Source: a virus
Taxonomy: Duplodnaviria > Heunggongvirae > Uroviricota > Caudoviricetes
Reading direction: 5' to 3' (one strand)
IMG/VR virus record: IMGVR_UViG_3300006147_000007
Length of the DNA: 22,130 nt
The notes beneath the pieces are model-generated. The model saw only the letters and a list, made by a program, of their open reading frames with translations, did not search any database and was not told the DNA's origin. The translations under genes were made by a program, and so were the position numbers. Shown here in pieces: positions 1 to 7,496 of this stretch (within the stretch, counting starts at the first letter, position 1; every line of letters begins with the position of its first letter).

Positions 1-115
1 TGAGAGTGCTGAAGGCTCTCCTAAAATGTCATCATTTATGTAGATGCTACGAACCTCTCAACACTTAATATGGAAGTTGTCAGCCTATTATAGTTTTGGT
101 CATTACTATTTTAAT

Positions 116-144
116 TTGACAATATATGGGATGTTTTGTAGAAT
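116..144 (+). promoter_or_regulatory. sigma70/sigmaA promoter of type I toxin mRNA
   Basis: TTGACA (116-121), 17-nt spacer, TAGAAT (139-144). The predicted start near 151 coincides with the 5' arm of a long-range fold-back. Confidence 0.8.
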
Positions 145-274
145 AATAAGTGCAAGCAGCATCCAACGTTTCATTTTGGCTAGATGGACGGTTAGGCGGT
201 TGAGTCACGTCAGAACAGCGATGTTCTGTTAATCTTATAAATGCCCTTGCTAAGAAAGGAGGGTGATAAAAGAA

Positions 275-394
275 GTGACATTTGTTGTTGAATTTATTAT
301 TGGAATTCTTGGCAGAATAGTAAGTGGCTTGTTTACAACTTACATAGTACGCCTTGTAGATAAATTTACGCACAAAAATGACCGCCATGAGTAG
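275..394 (+). CDS. 39-aa hydrophobic membrane peptide, type I toxin (Fst/Ldr-like)
   Basis: RBS AAGGAGGGTGA then GTG; MTFVVEFIIGILGRIVSGLFTTYIVRLVDKFTHKNDRHE*: one hydrophobic helix plus a charged tail. Not in the ORF track. Confidence 0.75.
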   Translation: MTFVVEFIIGILGRIVSGLFTTYIVRLVDKFTHKNDRHE

Positions 395-412
395 TATGCG
401 GTCACTTTTGTG
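371..412 (-). terminator. hairpin terminator of antisense RNA (possibly bidirectional)
   Basis: TGACCGC (379-385)/GCGGTCA (398-404) stem extended by CACAAAA/TTTTGTG. A U-tract follows the inner stem on the minus strand. It overlaps the toxin 3' end. Confidence 0.75.
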
Positions 413-502
413 TTAATATTCATTTATTAGCCATATACACCACATATAGGCTCAACCGTCTAACGGATGCTGTTTTGCTTTTTATATAGAATCTTTTCTA
501 TA
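371..502 (-). ncRNA. putative antisense antitoxin RNA (~130 nt)
   Basis: Lies between a convergent promoter (509-537) and the terminator hairpin; complementary to the toxin C-terminal codons and 3' UTR. Ends approximate. Confidence 0.6.
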
Positions 503-508
503 CTCATT

Positions 509-537
509 ATCTTAAATCAATCCACATGTATTGTCAA
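509..537 (-). promoter_or_regulatory. promoter for antisense RNA
   Basis: Minus strand: TTGACA (537-532), 17-nt spacer, TAAGAT (514-509). Confidence 0.7.
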
Positions 538-601
538 TAATAAATGTTACGCAAGTGCGAATATATTCAAATACCTCACTTGAAATTGGAGATTTATTGG
601 G

Positions 602-1624
602 TTAAATAAATGCCTCATCGGATTCGTCAATTTCGTCATTGCGAATAATATAGTGATTCTTGGTGGTGCTTACATCGTTATGACCTAACAATTTTTGTGC
701 AACCTCAGCAGATTTGTGTTCATAAACTACTAGATTAGTTGCTCTCGATTCTCGGAACTGGTGCGGATGGCAACGTCTACCAATGATTTTTTCAAATTTT
801 TTGCACCAACCATTAAATGTATCTTCACCAACCTGCCTAGTTTGACCGTTTTTATATTTTACAACAAACATATATGGACAATCATCTTCACCACGAACCT
901 CCAGCCATTTTTTCATCCATTGCATAGCATCTTCGCCAAATTTTAATTTTCTTGGCTTGCCAACAACAGATGCTCCTTTACAACGAATAATATGAGTTTG
1001 ATATGATTTTGAAATTGCCTCTTTTTCATTTCCATCTTCATCGACAATTTTTATTTTTCTTTCTTTTGCTGGGTAATCAACTACTTCTTTTAAAAGCTGT
1101 CTTGATTCGGCACGTCTACATCCAGTTGAATATGTAAAAACCAAGTAAGCTAATTTTTGCCATTCTTCACGTTTCTCTAATTCTTCACAGAGCATAATAT
1201 ATTCATCTGGTGTAAGCGGTTCTTTGGGGTATACATTTCCCGTTTTTACTACTTTTAATCCGACTGTGAAATTGCGGAACGTAGGATACTCCTCTTCGTA
1301 CATCATCATTACATAATTACAAAATGAGCTAACACTTGACTTTTTAAATTTGATAGCAGAATCAGATAAACCTCTGTTTGTGATCCAATTCAAATATCTT
1401 ACATATTCTTTCTTTTTTATATCAAGAAAACTTTTATTGTTAAGATTTTGTTTAACCCAATAGAAAAATATTCGTAATCCAGATTTGTAAGCAATCTTTG
1501 TTTTGATGGCTAACTCTGTTTGATTATCAAGATATTCTTGTACCATGTTCCGATTAAATTCAAGAACTTCAGACCACATTTCATCAGTTATATCATCACT
1601 GCGTTTGGCATTTTTCCCATCCAT
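602..1624 (-). CDS. tyrosine recombinase (XerC/D-like, phage integrase family)
   Basis: Catalytic set R (TGCRRAE), H-x-x-R (HQFR), H (LLGH), Y (TKNHY). Start moved from 1642 to ATG at 1624 (MDGK) after the RBS-like GAAGGAAGTGA. Confidence 0.9.
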   Translation of the reverse strand: MDGKNAKRSDDITDEMWSEVLEFNRNMVQEYLDNQTELAIKTKIAYKSGLRIFFYWVKQNLNNKSFLDIKKKEYVRYLNWITNRGLSDSAIKFKKSSVSSFCNYVMMMYEEEYPTFRNFTVGLKVVKTGNVYPKEPLTPDEYIMLCEELEKREEWQKLAYLVFTYSTGCRRAESRQLLKEVVDYPAKERKIKIVDEDGNEKEAISKSYQTHIIRCKGASVVGKPRKLKFGEDAMQWMKKWLEVRGEDDCPYMFVVKYKNGQTRQVGEDTFNGWCKKFEKIIGRRCHPHQFRESRATNLVVYEHKSAEVAQKLLGHNDVSTTKNHYIIRNDEIDESDEAFI

Positions 1625-1676
1625 AGTCTCACTTCCTTCCATGTAAAAAGGAAATAACTATGACGAGTCACTTCCC

Positions 1677-2465
1677 TTATTCAAGTTTTTTGATAAATCT
1701 ATCTTTTAGCATTTGTTCAATCTGCTTATATGTAAAATCCATACTAATTAATCCTGTAACAATAGTTTCAACCTCTTCAACTTTCCTTAATTCTGATTCA
1801 GAGAAACTATCTCTTAATGCATCATTAGTTTTGACATTTCTTGCAGTTCTTAAAGTTTTTGCATCACATCCAAATAAAATCTTGTAAATCATATTTGTAT
1901 AATTTGGATATGCAAATTTTTTATGTTTACTTTCTGGTATGTATTTTGAAATAGCAGAAGTCATACGTTTTCTTTCAATGATTCCAACTTCGCGTTGAAT
2001 TGCCCATGACTTCCTATCAATCTCGGTCTTTTCTTCAATATTAAGAAGATAATTTCTGATTTTTGTAGCCATAAGATTACTGGTCATTAACATTCCTATT
2101 CTTAATAAAGATCTCTTAGTGAGGATAGTTAAAGACCTTGTTTTAGAACTTATTTTGTCAGGTTCATTTGAACCTTGCAAAATTTTTTCTTTAAAATTAT
2201 CAAGTTCTGTGCCTGTTAAAATAATCATACCATCAGATTCAAATTCTTCACGATTCCGCTTAATTATGGTTTTGACGGAATCAAGACTACATTCATAATA
2301 ATTTGCAACTTGTTGTGTTGTAACTACCATATCATTAGTTAAATATGGAACAACTTTTAACTTGTCTAAAAAGTCATACGAAATAGCATCTAATGTTTCA
2401 TTTCTAAGCGTTTTACTTTCTGTATAAATTAATTCTTTATCACTTTGATTTTTCATATTTTTCAT
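1677..2465 (-). CDS. phage antirepressor-like DNA-binding/regulatory protein
   Basis: N-terminal TTQQVANYYE...IIKRNREEFESDG segment and C-terminal YPNYTNMIYKILFG...LRDSF segment recalled from phage antirepressor-type modules. Start placed after GGAGGA. Confidence 0.6.
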   Translation of the reverse strand: MKNMKNQSDKELIYTESKTLRNETLDAISYDFLDKLKVVPYLTNDMVVTTQQVANYYECSLDSVKTIIKRNREEFESDGMIILTGTELDNFKEKILQGSNEPDKISSKTRSLTILTKRSLLRIGMLMTSNLMATKIRNYLLNIEEKTEIDRKSWAIQREVGIIERKRMTSAISKYIPESKHKKFAYPNYTNMIYKILFGCDAKTLRTARNVKTNDALRDSFSESELRKVEEVETIVTGLISMDFTYKQIEQMLKDRFIKKLE

Positions 2466-2663
2466 GAAAGAATCCTCCATATTGTTTTCTATTTGTTGAT
2501 TATATGTAGAGATAAGGGATATCCTTGTAATTCTCTTTACCTGCCTAACTGACAGACCATAAATTATTTACATTACATATTTCTCCAAACAAATAATACT
2601 TACACTCTATTTCCTAAGTGCAAGCCTTTTCATAAAACTCTGATTAAATATCAGATGATAAAT

Positions 2664-2810
2664 TTAATTTTTCAACTTTTCCAGTAAATCTCTCACAATA
2701 ATTTCCTCTCCAATAGAAACACACTGATCTAAACGATAGAAGAGCAGTTCTTTAAGAATTGTTAACTCGTCATCTGTGAGAACTACAGATTTTACAATTT
2801 CGTCATACAA
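2664..2810 (-). CDS. small hypothetical protein (48 aa)
   Basis: RBS GGCGGTGA, TTG start, MYDEIVKSVVLTDDELTILKELLFYRLDQCVSIGEEIIVRDLLEKLKN*; directly downstream of HU. Not in the ORF track. Confidence 0.6.
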   Translation of the reverse strand: MYDEIVKSVVLTDDELTILKELLFYRLDQCVSIGEEIIVRDLLEKLKN

Positions 2811-2832
2811 TGTTGTTCACCGCCAGTCTAGA

Positions 2833-3108
2833 TTAAGCTTTTACAGCATCCTTTAAAGCCTTACTAGCCTTAAACTTGGGAGATTTAGAAGCCTGGATCT
2901 GAATGGATTCACCTGTTTGTGGGTTTCTACCAGTTCTAGCAGCACGTTCTACAACCTCGAATGTTCCAAAACCTGTAATGGAAACTTTATCTCCGTCAAC
3001 CAATGTATCAGCAACAATATTAGTAAAAGCAGTCAGTGTCTTTTCTGCGTCCTTTTTAGAAAGTTCTGCTTTCTCAGCCATAGCTGCGATCAATTCTGTT
3101 TTATTCAT
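2833..3108 (-). CDS. hup: histone-like DNA-binding protein HU (SPbeta YonN-like)
   Basis: MNKTELIAAMAEKAELSKKDA...GFGTFEV..RAARTGRNPQTGE..I.ASKSPKFKASKALKDAV: canonical HU signature. Confidence 0.97.
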   Translation of the reverse strand: MNKTELIAAMAEKAELSKKDAEKTLTAFTNIVADTLVDGDKVSITGFGTFEVVERAARTGRNPQTGESIQIQASKSPKFKASKALKDAVKA

Positions 3109-3143
3109 ATATTTTTATTCTCCTTGCAATTTCTAATAAAATA

Positions 3144-3164
3144 GGAGAGTAACACATACTCTCC
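3144..3164 (-). terminator. intrinsic terminator-like hairpin upstream of hup
   Basis: GGAGAGTA-5nt-TACTCTCC followed by TATTTTATT on the minus strand. Confidence 0.6.
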
Positions 3165-3224
3165 AATACATATGTTTGTGTCTTTGTCAGCCTAAATATA
3201 ATAAGTAGGTCACTCGTACCTGCT

Positions 3225-3536
3225 TTATTTTGTCGCTCTCTTATTTGTAGAAGATGAAATCTGTTTTATGTTTTTCATAAGCTGAATATTATCATTAATC
3301 ATTAGAGCTAATGCCTGATCTGCTGTGAACCCAACAGAAACATAAGCATCATACATATTTTTCTTTGTTTTAGCCACAACTGTAGGATATTCTGTATTAT
3401 TTGAATAATCCTTATATACTTCAACTACTTCTTGTGCCAAATCATATACCATAGGTTTGTATTTATTGATATATTCCTTGATTACAGGAACAAACATTTC
3501 TGGTTTACTCATTAACAGCTCTAAAATTTTATCCAT
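3225..3536 (-). CDS. hypothetical protein (103 aa)
   Basis: RBS AAGGAGA, ATG, in operon orientation; no recognised motif. Confidence 0.8.
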   Translation of the reverse strand: MDKILELLMSKPEMFVPVIKEYINKYKPMVYDLAQEVVEVYKDYSNNTEYPTVVAKTKKNMYDAYVSVGFTADQALALMINDNIQLMKNIKQISSSTNKRATK

Positions 3537-3564
3537 ATTTATATTTTCTCCTTAAAATTAGTAT

Positions 3565-4914
3565 TTAATTGATTACTACATTAAATGTAGAATCCAAACC
3601 ATTTTCTTTATCCCATAGGAAACATGTACATTTCCTTATAGCACCAACATATCCTGAATTATGATGCCATGCATCTGTGCCTGTAACAGAAGATAGGTTC
3701 CTTATAATTATTCCGCCATCCTCAGTAACTTGTTCACTATGTAAATGCCCCAAATGTAATTCTCTATAAACACTGTCGCCCCACATTTTAGCAGCTTCAA
3801 CTTGCATAATTTTTTCAATGCGTTTCTTTTCTTTATCTCCGTGAGCAAAACCAACAAGACATTTCCCAAATTGTATATATTTCCTTGGTGAAGTTCCAAG
3901 ATCAATAATTACATTCTCATTATTATGGAAATAGCACCACAAAGACATTAATGCATGATAGCTTGAAAGAAAATCATGGTTTCCTTGTACACAAAATACT
4001 TCAATGGGTGCTTCCAACTCTTTTGATAGTTTATTGATTCCATCAATAAGTAACAATACACCATTTTTAAACAAAGTTTGATGTTTAACATCTGTGTCCT
4101 GTGGAGTACCACTTGTTGTTGTAGACGCAGCTACATCGTAATGAAAAAAATCATTACCAATCGGGAATATAATTTTTTCGATGTTTGTACCTTTTAAACG
4201 AGAGATACAGGTGTCAATAACTTTATTAAAACAATTTCTAGCAATTTGAGTATTGTATTCGTCTTTAACAATATCTGGCGTTGATAGTTTGCCTAAATGC
4301 AAATCAACAATAGGAAGTTCAAACATATAACCACTTTTCTTTTCATATTTTTTTACAATAGGAGATGAATATGTATTAACTAATTCTTCATAAAATTCTT
4401 TAATCTCATCTAAAGAAATATCTGTTCTTGGTTTTACAACAATCTTGCTAGAATATAATTCCTGAATACCATCTTGTTTACTGTATACATTCCAAATGTT
4501 GTTTCTTGCTGAAACTAATTCCCATTCTTTAATATCAAATCCATGTGCTTGTAATAGACTTGCTGGATTTTTCAACTCGTTTTCTGTAATGGAAATTAGT
4601 TTGTTGCTTGTAAATGTACCATCTTTATTGATAGATTGTTCTGATTTATAAGCAGATTTTGCTTTTTCGACATCTGATATAGAAGATGAGAGGGATTTAT
4701 TTTTGAAATATGCTGATCTAAATGAGCCACCAAAAACACTACCGTTTGCCTTTCTGATAGTGTCTGAATTTAGTTTGATGCCATATTTATCTTTTATCTC
4801 TGACCAATCAACATCAATTGAACCATCTTGCTTCATATCTATTTCACGACATGCAGCCTCATAAGTCTCTGGAGTTAATCCGTATTTTGCTAGTTCTTCT
4901 ACAAAATTTTTCAA
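3565..4914 (-). CDS. calcineurin-like metallophosphoesterase (SPbeta YonJ-like by position)
   Basis: Metal-binding motifs DLH, GND, GNHD, HGD, GHLH in the correct order; adjacent to a YonK-like gene. Confidence 0.85.
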   Translation of the reverse strand: MKNFVEELAKYGLTPETYEAACREIDMKQDGSIDVDWSEIKDKYGIKLNSDTIRKANGSVFGGSFRSAYFKNKSLSSSISDVEKAKSAYKSEQSINKDGTFTSNKLISITENELKNPASLLQAHGFDIKEWELVSARNNIWNVYSKQDGIQELYSSKIVVKPRTDISLDEIKEFYEELVNTYSSPIVKKYEKKSGYMFELPIVDLHLGKLSTPDIVKDEYNTQIARNCFNKVIDTCISRLKGTNIEKIIFPIGNDFFHYDVAASTTTSGTPQDTDVKHQTLFKNGVLLLIDGINKLSKELEAPIEVFCVQGNHDFLSSYHALMSLWCYFHNNENVIIDLGTSPRKYIQFGKCLVGFAHGDKEKKRIEKIMQVEAAKMWGDSVYRELHLGHLHSEQVTEDGGIIIRNLSSVTGTDAWHHNSGYVGAIRKCTCFLWDKENGLDSTFNVVIN

Positions 4915-4932
4915 ATGTACACCAACTTTCTA

Positions 4933-5145
4933 TTATTCATCCTCTTCGGGAAGTTCATCTTCTGATTTAACAGAAATAGAAAAATCTACTGGTTTTCCTA
5001 AAAACGATTTTAAACATTCGGCAATAGTAATTTCTTCTTCTACTTTATCATTCATATATGTAATAGCTGTCCCGTCGTCTGATAGTACACCTTTTACTGA
5101 AACTTTATCTGTAATAGTTCTTGTTTTCTTTAACTGATTTGCCAT
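4933..5145 (-). CDS. yonK: YonK-like small acidic protein
   Basis: 70 aa with SVKG...L.SFLGKPVDFSISVKSEDELP pattern recalled from SPbeta YonK; synteny with the RNAP, phosphoesterase and HU genes. Confidence 0.65.
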   Translation of the reverse strand: MANQLKKTRTITDKVSVKGVLSDDGTAITYMNDKVEEEITIAECLKSFLGKPVDFSISVKSEDELPEEDE

Positions 5146-5264
5146 AAAATTTTCCTTTCATGAATAATTTTTTTATTATAAATCCTATATGTTTTGTAAA
5201 TTTGTTGGGCTTTTGACGATGAGCCTGGCAACGGAGGTCTATTTGTACTAAACAGACAAAATAA

Positions 5265-5338
5265 TTGCGGAGGCAGGACACGATCCTGCATACTCTTGGG
5301 CATGAACCAAGTGAACTTCCTTTGCTCGTCACTCCGCT
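5265..5338 (-). tRNA. atypical tRNA-like RNA, anticodon CAU (Met/fMet-like, possibly degenerate)
   Basis: AGCGGAG-TGAC-GAGC-AAAGGAA-GTTC-A-CTTGG-TTCATGC-CCAAG-AGTAT-GCAGG-ATCGTGT-CCTGC-CTCCGCA-A. All four stems pair; 1:72 mismatch; no encoded CCA. Confidence 0.7.
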
Positions 5339-5354
5339 ATAATAGTTACAAGAA

Positions 5355-5393
5355 CAAATGACGATACCGCTAGAATAGCAGCACCGCCACCTG
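5355..5393 (-). other. 17-bp G-U-rich RNA hairpin
   Basis: CAGGTGGCGGTGCTGCT-ATTCT-AGCGGTATCGTCATTTG: 17 contiguous pairs, 6 of them G-U, so it folds fully only on the minus strand. Confidence 0.7.
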
Positions 5394-5438
5394 TATAAGA
5401 AATGAATATAAGAATACCTATAATCTTAAATATTTTAA

Positions 5439-5833
5439 TGTAGCTATTACAGCCATGTACAAACCTAATCGTCAATTACACAACACGAATAAAACTTTAT
5501 CATGGATTTTATCAAATTTTAGTAATTATGATTTAAACTTTATAAATAAAGAATTTTGACAAGTGAGTTTTAAGTTTTAAATGCTGAATTTTGAATTTTT
5601 ATCATCATCTGTATTTACATAAATACTATGAGTAATATTTGATTTTAGTTTTACTCAATCTTTATATGTAAATTAATTATCACCATTTGATAAATTAATT
5701 CAATAATGTAATTTTCTATTACATATTCTTTTAGAATATTTAGTAGAAAGCATTAAACTTTCATTTTGTTTTTTACCTATGATGTCCTGCATAGGCGACA
5801 GGATGTAAGTTTTAGGTTTTCGTAATAACTACA
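5439..5833 (-). ncRNA. putative ~395-nt structured ncRNA with repeated heptamers
   Basis: 12-bp end-to-end helix (5822-5833 with 5439-5450), nested helices 5812-5819/5461-5468 and 5807-5814/5490-5497, pseudoknot 5776-5803, several internal hairpins, about 12 AAARYYY heptamers. No long ORF. Confidence 0.65.
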
Positions 5834-5848
5834 ATGTAATACAAAATT

Positions 5849-6481
5849 TTAGAAATCTACTTCAATGAAAGTTGTTGCATTACTTAAAACCAACTGGGAA
5901 TCAATATTACTCTTGAATCCCTCAATATCAGCTTCCAGAGCAAGCATTTTATCAAAAATACCAATTGGATCAATAAATTCATATTCATTTTTAGAACGGT
6001 AGGGCTTCTCGACTGCCTCTTGATCCTCTTTAGAGAGTTGTTTAGTTGAGTCCCTCCCCACTAAAGTAGAGATAAGTTCATCGACTTTATTATCTACTTT
6101 TTTATTTTCTTTATCAATAGTTGCAATGGCAGAAGCATATTGAAGTTTCATTGCATTAAGTAATTCTTCTTCGTATTCGATAGAATTTTTACGTTCAATT
6201 CCCTCTGCTCGCGTCATTGTTTTTTCATTTACAGTAATGATAGTTTCTGCGTTAGACTTAACGATAGCAGACTTTAACGTATTTCTATTTGCGATTAAAT
6301 CGGTAATGGACTGGTGTGATGCTTTTGCGCGTTCATCAAACTCATCTCTACTTACAATACCAACTTTATCGGATGACTTTTTAGTAGCTCCACAAAATTT
6401 AGCATGTTCAATTGCTTTTCGGATTTTTGAATCATACAATTTTAACTCGTTAAGTGCTTCTGTAATACTAATTTTTCTCAT
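5849..6481 (-). CDS. conserved-looking alpha-helical/coiled-coil protein (210 aa), possibly related to DIP1984/DUF6847-like helical hairpins
   Basis: RBS AAGGAGAG; ITEALNELKLYDSKI N-terminus, TMTRAEGIERK middle, IDSQLVLSNATTFIEV C-terminus. Family link is from memory and unverified. Confidence 0.8.
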   Translation of the reverse strand: MRKISITEALNELKLYDSKIRKAIEHAKFCGATKKSSDKVGIVSRDEFDERAKASHQSITDLIANRNTLKSAIVKSNAETIITVNEKTMTRAEGIERKNSIEYEEELLNAMKLQYASAIATIDKENKKVDNKVDELISTLVGRDSTKQLSKEDQEAVEKPYRSKNEYEFIDPIGIFDKMLALEADIEGFKSNIDSQLVLSNATTFIEVDF

Positions 6482-6656
6482 TTCAATTCTCTCCTTTATC
6501 TCAACTAATATATTCTACCTACAGTTAGTATTTCTCTTTTTCAAATTACCATAAATGATAAAATTTTATTGCCAAATTACTTTGTTTTCCATATGTGATA
6601 TATACGAAACAAAAAATGGTCACAAATATTGAAGTTACAATAAAAAATGAGATTTT

Positions 6657-7496
6657 CTATTTCGCTATTCTGTATTTATATGCTATTTTTCTCTTTCGTT
6701 CACGCTCTTTTATTTTTGCACATTTTTCACAATATAATCGTTTGTTTCCAGTTTTTTCTATTATTGCACCACATTGTTTACAACGAGAATATTTTTTATG
6801 ATCTCTAATTCCGTAATATTTTTTTTGCCATTTTAAAATTTCCCCTTCTAAACTTTTGCATATATATCCAACATAAAAGTTGTCTTCAGTAAGAAAATTT
6901 AACACAGTAACAATTTTCGTTTTATCTTCGTATTCTCCTATGAGTTTACAATTATCAAAACATCTTCTTAAAAATTCCTCAATGATTTTCTTATATTCAT
7001 TCCAAGATAAAGACATTTTTTCTTTTTGCAACTTCACTTTTACTTTTTCAGCTTTATCTATTGCATCATCTATAAGTTCTGTGACGGTATCAGCATTCAT
7101 ATCAATTCCGGAAATCCATTGATAATATAATTTCTTTGAAGTTTTTAACAAATCCATATATTCTTTTCCTAAAACAACTTCTTTATCAAAGTATCTAGTA
7201 TATATATTATTTATCTTCTGTCTAATAATTGATTGCCAATTTTCTTCCTTAGTCATTGATTTATAGTATGTATACTCAATATCTGACCAAGTATCAAAAA
7301 CTTGTCCAATTTCTGTTTGCAATAAATCTTTCCTAACATTAAATCTTATTGACTTTTTATATATTCTCCGTTTATTATCTGAAGACCAGATAGAAGAGCA
7401 GAACGATTTAAAAATCTCGTCCTTTTCTTCTTCTTTTTTTGATTCTTTGTAGTCTTCTATGATTTCATACAAAAATAAATCATCACATTTGTATAT
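6657..7496 (-). CDS. hypothetical protein with C-terminal Zn finger, translationally coupled to the RNA polymerase
   Basis: CKQC-x13-CEKC followed by a basic helix. Start proposed at ATA 7496 (6 nt after AGGTG); the track's GTG at 7505 has only 2 nt of RBS spacing. Confidence 0.8.
   Translation of the reverse strand: MYKCDDLFLYEIIEDYKESKKEEEKDEIFKSFCSSIWSSDNKRRIYKKSIRFNVRKDLLQTEIGQVFDTWSDIEYTYYKSMTKEENWQSIIRQKINNIYTRYFDKEVVLGKEYMDLLKTSKKLYYQWISGIDMNADTVTELIDDAIDKAEKVKVKLQKEKMSLSWNEYKKIIEEFLRRCFDNCKLIGEYEDKTKIVTVLNFLTEDNFYVGYICKSLEGEILKWQKKYYGIRDHKKYSRCKQCGAIIEKTGNKRLYCEKCAKIKERERKRKIAYKYRIAK

Noticed and set aside
44-388. Track ORFs 44..232 (+) and 80..388 (-)
   Set aside because: No RBS and implausible composition. 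They overlap the toxin promoter, leader and CDS, which explain the region better.
552-582. dif/att-like site next to the tyrosine recombinase (CAAGTG...CACTTG)
   Set aside because: Arms are only 6 bp with a 19-bp spacer, unlike the 11-13-bp arms and 6-8-bp core of such sites. No prophage boundary is evident.
5105-5332. 75-aa minus-strand ORF
   Set aside because: Runs through the tRNA-like cloverleaf and overlaps the yonK-like start; no RBS.
5439-6481. Assignment as a type III toxin-antitoxin (ToxIN/CptIN/TenpIN) or a CRISPR array
   Set aside because: The RNA lies downstream of the gene rather than upstream, has no 30-60-nt tandem repeats or repeat-spacer periodicity, and the protein shows no ToxN-like features.
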